From a virus (Duplodnaviria > Caudoviricetes): DNA of 30,590 nt. A program made the position numbers and the translations under genes. The notes beneath the pieces are model-generated. The model made no database searches. It was given only the letters and a program-made list of their open reading frames with translations, and was not told the origin of the DNA. The stretch lies in the IMG/VR virus record IMGVR_UViG_3300032277_000052, positions 1-30,590 of that record; one strand, 5' to 3'. Of this stretch, positions 24,273 to 30,590 are shown piece by piece (the stretch's first letter is position 1; each line of letters begins with the position of its first letter).

Positions 24273-24703
24273 TTTTTTGCTGCATCGTCCTCATCTTTTT
24301 CAGATGGCATTCCAAAGTTGTTTGGGTCACTTGCCTCTGTTGAAATAAACTCGTAAAGGTCTGGAAAATTTTCCATTAAAGCAAAAGCATTTTCTTCATT
24401 AAATGGAATCAACTCACCTTCGTCGTTATAAGCATTTTTCCAATCAACCAAAATTATTCTGCAAAACGCTTTCATCGCAATTCTAGTTTGCACTTCGTAA
24501 GAAAGCTCACCTGATTGCCTGCGATAAGGCTTGGTTAACTTTGTTACGCATTTTGCGTAGTCTGGATTTGAAGCAATTTTTAGGTAACGAACTTTTAATT
24601 GGAACGCTTCGTCCCCATCAAATTCGTCACAATTGATCCAAACTCCGTCATCAACTTTTGATTTATCCCGACCCCATTTTGAAGCAATACTTTTCTTAGA
24701 CAT
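24203..24703 (-). CDS. Tail assembly chaperone G
   Basis: Follows the tail tube gene; DGVW, ILVDWK and FPDLYE motifs; GAGG SD. Confidence 0.88.
   Translation of the reverse strand: MSKKSIASKWGRDKSKVDDGVWINCDEFDGDEAFQLKVRYLKIASNPDYAKCVTKLTKPYRRQSGELSYEVQTRIAMKAFCRIILVDWKNAYNDEGELIPFNEENAFALMENFPDLYEFISTEASDPNNFGMPSEKDEDDAAKNSVPSSSTSWSSEAQMPPPSSDS
24272..24278 (-). other. -1 programmed ribosomal frameshift slippery heptamer A AAA AAC
   Basis: GCA AAA AAC in the G frame; a -1 shift joins the downstream ORF, as in lambda G/GT. Confidence 0.88.
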
Positions 24704-24723
24704 AATTTCCTCTTTGGATGATT

Positions 24724-24770
24724 AAAAAAAACGGATGATTTAGCCTCGATGGTTAACTGTCCATCGAGAC
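24724..24770 (-). terminator. Hairpin enclosing the tail tube stop codon, with downstream T8
   Basis: Minus strand GTCTCGATGG-ACAGTTAA-CCATCGAGGC, then 11 nt, then T8. Confidence 0.5.
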
Positions 24771-26711
24771 TGTTGGTAGGTAAGCAAACCAGGTTGACAA
24801 CAATGTGTAACCTGCTTCGTTTTCTGCTGCCATTGTTTCCAAGGGAAGCATGATGGCAGAGTCTTTTTCGACTTCAAGTCGTCCACCACCAAGACTTAGC
24901 AATGGAATGTCAAAGACAAATCCAGCGTTGTCCAGAGCAGTAATGACATTAAAGCCAACATCTGCATTTGCCCGAACTGCTTCAACAGCAGCAACCGTAG
25001 CAAAATAAACATTCAATGTGCCAGAAACTTCAAAGTCACCGACATTCAAATCCATTGAGCCTAAAGTTCCGATAGCCTTGAGTCCATCTACGTTGTTGTT
25101 GATGGTCAACTCACCATCCATCACAAACGCAAATAGCGAGTCAGGGGTGATTGCATCGTCATCGTGGACATAGAGTCGAGTTTGATAAATGTGGCTCGTA
25201 GTGTTGAATGCACTTTCCACAGGCATTGTCACTCGCGTACCATTTTTTAGACCTGTCGATCCATTTCGAGTTTCAGTGTCCAATGCGGTAAAACTGACAT
25301 CTGCGTTGAGTTTTTCAACACTTGGGATGTTTAGCTTAAACTCATTGGCAACTGCACCAATAAGGTATTGCGACTGAGTTCCAAAAGCATCCTGACCAAG
25401 TTGCCGTTCAAGCTGGTAGCTTTGGCATTTAATCAGTGTTGGGTCTTTTTCGTTGCGAATGACTGTACCGAGATAAATTTGCAACTGCCTGCCAGTACCA
25501 CTGTCAATTTGTGGAGTTGCCCAAGAACATTGCTCAAGACTTAAAGTTGAACCGTCTGTTGCAACGGCAGCAACTCTTGCAAAGCCTGGAGCGTTGCTAA
25601 CAAGCCGGTTAATGATTGCATCGCCACCAACGTGAATCCATTCGCCAACTTGCACTCCAAGCTCGACAAACTTATTTGCGGCACTTGCCATGATAAATTT
25701 ATTACCAGTCACAGTAACGCTAACATCAGACGCTGCAAACTCGTAGCCCACAATCTCTAACTTTGCTCCGGCAGGTGCAGTTTCAGTTGTGAAAGTTGCA
25801 GCAGAACAAACAAGACTTCCTGAAGATTTGCTTGTCACTTCAAAAACGCCGTTGTTAGCAGCATTTGCAAAACCCGAAAGTTTTACAAGACTTCCAACGT
25901 AAAATTCTGCTTCATCGCCAGCACCAATCGTAATGGCAGTGCTTGCAACGCTTGTCAAAGTAACTGAGTCTGCTGCTGACTTGATTGAACTGTTTGTAGC
26001 TCGCTCATGTGCTTTAGCAAAAAAGAAACCTTGCATTAGCCGCTGAAGGTTTGTTTGAGTAATGTCAGTGTTGAAACCACCATCGGCAGTAACATCAGTA
26101 ACAACACCTTTCTTTTGCTGTCGAGAAGCATTGATTGGTGAACGAGCAACCGTCTCAATTTCCGACCCCAAAGAATCGTAACTGTTTGGCTCAAGCTCGT
26201 ACCATTTCGCAACTCCTGTCCCAAGAGTTGTAACTGTCAAAACTCTGGATGCAGGAGGACTGCTGAAACTTGAATCAATGTCAAATTCAACTGTAAATGA
26301 GTCACCATCTGCAACAGACGGTATGTAAGCAACCGCAATCAGATCGGTATCCCCAGTTTCTCCAGCACCTGCCCATTGAGCAATGTCAGTACCTGTAGGA
26401 TCAGAACCGACAAATGTTCCTGGCGAGTTAATTGAAACAAGTTCACCAACCACTCCGACTACGCTTCCAGCTTGTGTGATTCTTGCAACTGCTGCTGTTT
26501 CGCCAGCATCAATTGTTCCAGTGATTGTAATTCGACGAGTAACGTCATCCCAAGCAATTGAAATTGCACTGAACTCACCGCTGGTAGTGGTTGTGCCTCC
26601 AGGTGCGTCATCGACACCGACAGTTCCGTCAGGCAAAATTTTCAAAGCGACTTCTTCGGCATAAGCCAAACCTGTCACGTTGCTACTTAAACTGTTTTCA
26701 CCGCAACCCAT
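24753..26711 (-). CDS. Major tail (tube) protein with accessory domains
   Basis: SNVTGLAYAEE...WYELEPNSY...VARSPINASRQ..KG..TD and C-terminal G.LNVYF...FDIPLLSLGGGRL; synteny. Confidence 0.9.
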   Translation of the reverse strand: MGCGENSLSSNVTGLAYAEEVALKILPDGTVGVDDAPGGTTTTSGEFSAISIAWDDVTRRITITGTIDAGETAAVARITQAGSVVGVVGELVSINSPGTFVGSDPTGTDIAQWAGAGETGDTDLIAVAYIPSVADGDSFTVEFDIDSSFSSPPASRVLTVTTLGTGVAKWYELEPNSYDSLGSEIETVARSPINASRQQKKGVVTDVTADGGFNTDITQTNLQRLMQGFFFAKAHERATNSSIKSAADSVTLTSVASTAITIGAGDEAEFYVGSLVKLSGFANAANNGVFEVTSKSSGSLVCSAATFTTETAPAGAKLEIVGYEFAASDVSVTVTGNKFIMASAANKFVELGVQVGEWIHVGGDAIINRLVSNAPGFARVAAVATDGSTLSLEQCSWATPQIDSGTGRQLQIYLGTVIRNEKDPTLIKCQSYQLERQLGQDAFGTQSQYLIGAVANEFKLNIPSVEKLNADVSFTALDTETRNGSTGLKNGTRVTMPVESAFNTTSHIYQTRLYVHDDDAITPDSLFAFVMDGELTINNNVDGLKAIGTLGSMDLNVGDFEVSGTLNVYFATVAAVEAVRANADVGFNVITALDNAGFVFDIPLLSLGGGRLEVEKDSAIMLPLETMAAENEAGYTLLSTWFAYLPTVSMDS

Positions 26712-26724
26712 ATCTTCACCTCTT

Positions 26725-27258
26725 TTAGATTAATTCATCGTATTGATAGTCCACAAAAACGTCCGTCCTAAAAAACTTTTCCGTTGGTGACAAATCTGCA
26801 AAATATGCGTTTCTGTACCAAACAGGATTGTTTACTAAATTTCTAGGACGAAAAATGTCGCGGGCAATCACTGAAAGCCTACGATGATCTCCCGCAAAAG
26901 CCGCTTTTGCGAAAAATATCTGGATAATTATAAAACCGTTAGTCGTATATTTTGCTTTTCTACAACCTGTAGTGCCGCTTCTAAACGCAGATTGACCACT
27001 ACCTAGCATTTCATCACTGAATCTTAGGCAATGCTTTGAATGATCAATCGGAAAATCTGTTTCAACATTGTGCCAATGAATTTGAGGAATGTAAGACGCT
27101 CCCCCGCCAGCTTGCTTTAAAACAACCGGAGTCTTTCTAGCACCGCTGGTATCACGTATATCAACAGGTTCTCCGTTTGTAATCCAATCAACCCAATCAG
27201 AATAAAAACGAGTTCTCATTGAATCTGAGGCACTTTCATAAGTTGCTGGCTCACTCAT
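26725..27258 (-). CDS. Tail terminator-like protein
   Basis: G.IIIQIF, VWYRNA and V.VDYQYDE pattern; directly upstream of the tail tube gene. Confidence 0.75.
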   Translation of the reverse strand: MSEPATYESASDSMRTRFYSDWVDWITNGEPVDIRDTSGARKTPVVLKQAGGGASYIPQIHWHNVETDFPIDHSKHCLRFSDEMLGSGQSAFRSGTTGCRKAKYTTNGFIIIQIFFAKAAFAGDHRRLSVIARDIFRPRNLVNNPVWYRNAYFADLSPTEKFFRTDVFVDYQYDELI

Positions 27259-27641
27259 TACGAACCCAATTCAAATTTAAACAATAAATCGACACCACCA
27301 GGATTTAATGGAGAAATATTGTCAATTGTAAGCAATTGACTTCCTCTTACCACAACATCTTTTGCTTTTGGAAAAACTCCAGGCACTACTGCCATATACC
27401 CATTGATTTGACCGCTAACAACTTCAGTGTCTTTAAGGTATTTAATCTCTTGATGACCATCCATCCCATCAGGAATAAATACAATTTTTACTGTGTGATC
27501 AACTCCAGGTACTTCGGCAGGCATCCAAGGTTTATTGTTATCTGGCAATGTCCCAGAATCCATTACTCGAAGAATAGCAGTTTCGCCGTAATTCGCGATC
27601 AGTCTTTTTACAGTGCTTTGCAATCTTGAATAAAAAGTCAT
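27258..27641 (-). CDS. Head closure / head-tail joining protein
   Basis: Y.RL..T..RLIANYG, KPW and PLNPGG..LLF pattern; synteny. Confidence 0.75.
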   Translation of the reverse strand: MTFYSRLQSTVKRLIANYGETAILRVMDSGTLPDNNKPWMPAEVPGVDHTVKIVFIPDGMDGHQEIKYLKDTEVVSGQINGYMAVVPGVFPKAKDVVVRGSQLLTIDNISPLNPGGVDLLFKFELGS

Positions 27642-27642
27642 C

Positions 27643-28173
27643 TTAAACCCTAATTGTATTTAAGAAATAACCATTTGCACCATCACTAAACAATGACGCA
27701 AGTAAGACTTCAACCGCTGCAAAAGTAACGCCCCTGTATTTGCTTCCTGCCGACTTTTCTTCTGAATACTTGACCGTAATTGGACCTACTGTTTCCTGCG
27801 TAACCTGACCTCCAACAGAAGCATCGGGAAGTGGGAATAAAACTGTCCCAGCGTGTTGCTCAATGCAAAGTTGTGCTTGCGCTTGTTTTAAAACCTCTGG
27901 TATTGAATCTTTGCCAACAGTAACCACTTTGTCCATGACCAAATCGGTACGTGGAAATTGCAAAGATTGAGTAGTGTTGGTTTTGTAACCGCCGTACTCA
28001 AAACGTCGAGATTCAAGATAATCAGTGGCAGCAATAATTTGCTGACCTAATGTGGCATCTCGGTTAGAAACAACAGCACCTCTGTTGTCCGCATAGGTTC
28101 TTACATACGCCAAATCAACATAGCAATTTGCATTTGCAACATTTGATCCGTCCTCAATGATTAAAGTTGGCAT
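27643..28173 (-). CDS. Head-tail adaptor (often annotated DnaT-like)
   Basis: LIIEDGSNVANANCY, ATDYLE, QSLQFPR, IPEVLKQAQ and ETVGPITVKY motifs. Confidence 0.85.
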   Translation of the reverse strand: MPTLIIEDGSNVANANCYVDLAYVRTYADNRGAVVSNRDATLGQQIIAATDYLESRRFEYGGYKTNTTQSLQFPRTDLVMDKVVTVGKDSIPEVLKQAQAQLCIEQHAGTVLFPLPDASVGGQVTQETVGPITVKYSEEKSAGSKYRGVTFAAVEVLLASLFSDGANGYFLNTIRV

Positions 28174-28278
28174 TTAAGATTCCTGATTTAAACTTGCCCT
28201 GACGTAAATCATCCAGAAACCGCCAGAGCAAGCCTCGCCAATCAAGCGATTCCGTTCACCCGTGATAACTGACGAAGT

Positions 28279-28692
28279 TTATTCGTTGTAGTAACTCATT
28301 ATGTGGTTGACTAAATTCTGTCTCGATTTTAGTTTTGCTTCATTTCGTTTTGCCCATAAATTCTTTTCATGCGCCAAAACCACCTGATTTGTAACATCAC
28401 TAGAAACATCGTAAGCATTTTTTGGAGCTTGTTTTTTTGGCTCAACTGTACTTGGAGTTTCTTCAACTTCTTGCCGCATCACCGTAATTATTTGAAATCG
28501 CGGGTCAGAATCATTTAATGGATACCAATTTGAGCTTTGAGGTAGCTCATGTTGACCACAAGTTGATTCAAACCAAACACTCAATTGCTCCGCACTTCTC
28601 AAAAAACCTGACTGATCGAAATACTGACTTTTGCCAGATTCATCGATTGCATGTAATTGATAAACACCCTGTTGAAATTCTGTTTCTGACAT
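28279..28692 (-). CDS. Hypothetical protein downstream of the major capsid gene
   Basis: 137-aa ORF with GAGGT SD. Confidence 0.75.
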   Translation of the reverse strand: MSETEFQQGVYQLHAIDESGKSQYFDQSGFLRSAEQLSVWFESTCGQHELPQSSNWYPLNDSDPRFQIITVMRQEVEETPSTVEPKKQAPKNAYDVSSDVTNQVVLAHEKNLWAKRNEAKLKSRQNLVNHIMSYYNE

Positions 28693-28713
28693 TTTTACCT
28701 CTTAGATGATTTT

Positions 28714-28765
28714 AAAAAAACGGGATCAACACATTGCCAAAACTGTGAAAAACAATGCTCCCCCG
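28714..28765 (-). terminator. Long imperfect hairpin plus T7 after the major capsid gene
   Basis: Minus strand CGGGG..GCATTG...CAATGT..TCCCG followed by TTTTTTT. Confidence 0.55.
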
Positions 28766-28791
28766 ATTTTAGTTTGTTTTGCCTAAAGCAT

Positions 28792-29835
28792 TTAGCCATT
28801 TGTGACTAGGAATGCCATAGGTACGTTTTTACGAGCAAGGACGCGAGTCCAGTTGCTCTGATTTCGAAGGTCGGCAAGTGTCTGGTTTCCAGAAGCACCA
28901 GTTGCGACAGCGTTGTTGTTGGTATGACCAAACGGATGAATCATCCAAGTCTTACGCAACCAAAGTTGTTCTTCACCACCACCATGACCAGTTTGAGGAT
29001 TTCTCCAAACTTCAGTCGGTACGGTCGGCGTTCCTTCGCCGTAGGCAAACATGGCACGACCAAACAAGATTGAGACATACTTATAACCAGAAGTTGTTCC
29101 AGCCACAGTTGGGCAAGAATCGTCAACGATTACAGTTCGACCCATGTAAGTTGGAATTCGTGTTCGACCAGATGCGTCAAGAATGTAAGCAATGTCATCT
29201 TGCTCAACCATTGTTTTCATGACGACTGAGTGAACACAAATTGCGCGAATTTCTTCGCCTCGATCACCCATCGTAAACACGGCATTGACAAACGCACTTC
29301 GCGAGAAAAGGTTTGCTGCGGCAGCGTTGTCACCATCTTCGATAGCAACGTCGATAACCATATCGCCAGCAACACCAGGACTTTGCGTGGCAAAGTTTCC
29401 GTTGACGTTTGCGTTGAGAATACCCAATGCACAAGCAACCAATCGGTCTTGCCAGTAGTAAGTCCAGTATGCGGCAGTCCTGTCACGGATGTGCTGCATT
29501 GCATTTGTGCCAGTCTGAAGTTCGACTGCCAAGTCCATTGCCGACCAACCATTGTTGACATGAACTTTGCGAGTCTTTTGAACATCCTGCTGGACGTTGT
29601 CAGGAGTCGCGTTAACTGCTTGATCTGAACTGTAGTTTGGCTCAGACGAGTGATCCAAATCACGCCAAAATGGAAGTTCTGCTGAACGACCAGCAGCACT
29701 TGCAAGACTGTTGAAAAGATCGCTCGAAGCGATGACACCTGATTGATACAAAGCTGTTAGCTTTGGATCGTTTTCAGAAACTAAATCTTCAAAGACTGTT
29801 ACGTCGATGATGTCCGATAATTGCACTGTACTCAT
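28792..29835 (-). CDS. Major capsid protein
   Basis: VQLSDII, ELPFWRDL, MGD, HSVV, PTYMGRTVIVDD, GGGEEQLW.R..W.IHPFG and NWTRV..RKNVP.AFLVTNG; GAGGA SD. Confidence 0.95.
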   Translation of the reverse strand: MSTVQLSDIIDVTVFEDLVSENDPKLTALYQSGVIASSDLFNSLASAAGRSAELPFWRDLDHSSEPNYSSDQAVNATPDNVQQDVQKTRKVHVNNGWSAMDLAVELQTGTNAMQHIRDRTAAYWTYYWQDRLVACALGILNANVNGNFATQSPGVAGDMVIDVAIEDGDNAAAANLFSRSAFVNAVFTMGDRGEEIRAICVHSVVMKTMVEQDDIAYILDASGRTRIPTYMGRTVIVDDSCPTVAGTTSGYKYVSILFGRAMFAYGEGTPTVPTEVWRNPQTGHGGGEEQLWLRKTWMIHPFGHTNNNAVATGASGNQTLADLRNQSNWTRVLARKNVPMAFLVTNG

Positions 29836-29858
29836 TGAAAATCCTCAATTGGTTATGG

Positions 29859-30590
29859 CTACTCTACGCGAGTTGCTTTTAGTTCTTGATAACCGGAGGG
29901 ATTCTCTTTGCGAAGTTGTACCAACTGCTCCGACGAGAAATCACTCCATTTCTTCCCCATTGTCTCCACTGGAGAACCTGAAGATGTCGAGCCACTGGCT
30001 CCGCTTGCTTTACTGCCGATAATTATAGGAGCGTATTCATTGTTGTCAACGAACTCTTTCTCCAAGTTATCTATTGTGAAATTCGGGTTTATGTTTCCCG
30101 ATTTATCCATAGCAATCACATTCCCTAGTTCGTCCACATCAAGCCTTTGCATTACCACTGGTGATAACAGACTCGGTGTAGTTGAAATTTTTGTTGCAAT
30201 GTCAGACGCAACTTTATTTAACTTTGTTTCCTTAACCAACTGCTGTTGACGCTCAATTTCTGCACGTTGGGAATTAAGTTCTTTTGCATGCTGGGCTTGC
30301 ATTTTCTTTATTTGACCTTGCAAGTCTGCGTGTAAAGCAGCAACGTCTTGGTTTTCCAATGCTGCTTTTCTAGCTTTTTCTTCAGCTTCGATTTTTAATC
30401 TTTGCTTATCAGCTTCGGCCTTATCTCTAATTGCTTTCAATTCAGCTTCGACAGCTTTACGTTTTTCAACCTCATGATTCTTTGCATTTAGAAGTGCAGC
30501 AGGATCGTTGTCAAGCAGAAAACCACCTGCAATATCCAGCTTGTAATCATCACCTGATTTAACGTAAAGAGATTTTGTTCCTTCAGGCAA
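29859..30590 (-). CDS. Capsid scaffolding protein (5' end outside the window)
   Basis: Coiled-coil ORF open to the window edge, directly upstream of MCP; ..SKASG.G.. motif near the C-terminus. Confidence 0.85.
   Translation of the reverse strand: MPEGTKSLYVKSGDDYKLDIAGGFLLDNDPAALLNAKNHEVEKRKAVEAELKAIRDKAEADKQRLKIEAEEKARKAALENQDVAALHADLQGQIKKMQAQHAKELNSQRAEIERQQQLVKETKLNKVASDIATKISTTPSLLSPVVMQRLDVDELGNVIAMDKSGNINPNFTIDNLEKEFVDNNEYAPIIIGSKASGASGSTSSGSPVETMGKKWSDFSSEQLVQLRKENPSGYQELKATRVE

Larger units (their letters stand above)
1..30590. mobile_element. Segment of a tailed dsDNA phage genome (siphovirus-type, non-contractile tail)
   Basis: Contiguous capsid-neck-tail tube-chaperone-tape measure-tail tip operon plus a phage replication module; no sheath gene, no integrase and no obvious host housekeeping genes. 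Confidence 0.97.

Noticed and set aside
28174-28278. tRNA (including a Sec or opal suppressor tRNA)
   Set aside because: No T-loop GTTC motif, acceptor stem or cloverleaf recognised here or in other gaps; tRNAscan-SE/ARAGORN would be decisive.
29217-29738. 173-aa alternate-frame ORF inside the capsid gene, and similar nested or antisense ORFs elsewhere
   Set aside because: Fully nested in well-supported genes, with no SD or recognisable motifs.
1-30590. Genome-wide TGA reassignment (code 4 or 25)
   Set aside because: Several genes end in TGA with start/stop coupling, TGG and GGA are common, and no other long gene appears interrupted by TGA.

Overview
This window is a 30.6-kb piece of a tailed dsDNA siphophage genome with three parts. 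(1) 1-3.6 kb is an early/accessory region of small + strand ORFs interleaved with four unrelated repeat arrays. (2) A divergent replication region: on the minus strand an HTH protein and an NrS-1-type primase-polymerase/helicase; on the plus strand a CsrA homolog missed by the ORF track, a Sak4-like AAA ATPase, a DUF669-like SSB, a Cas4-like exonuclease, an SF2 helicase, a family B DNA polymerase, and an AT-rich cassette in which a DpdA/TGT-like transglycosylase and a T-fold protein sit between two paralogous HTH genes. (3) A minus-strand morphogenesis operon: partial scaffold, major capsid, head-tail joining proteins, tail tube, G/GT chaperones with a -1 slippery site, tape measure, Dit, tail-tip proteins and the J-like hub. 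The most unusual signal is in the tape measure gene, which is interrupted by two in-frame TGA codons 5 codons apart, immediately before its conserved FASGGYTG...VHGQEYV C-terminal motif; each TGA is followed by a SECIS-like hairpin carrying CAGGU, while TGA behaves as a normal stop elsewhere. No tRNA, integrase, lysis, terminase or portal gene was recognised. Family assignments come from motif recognition by eye, not database searches.
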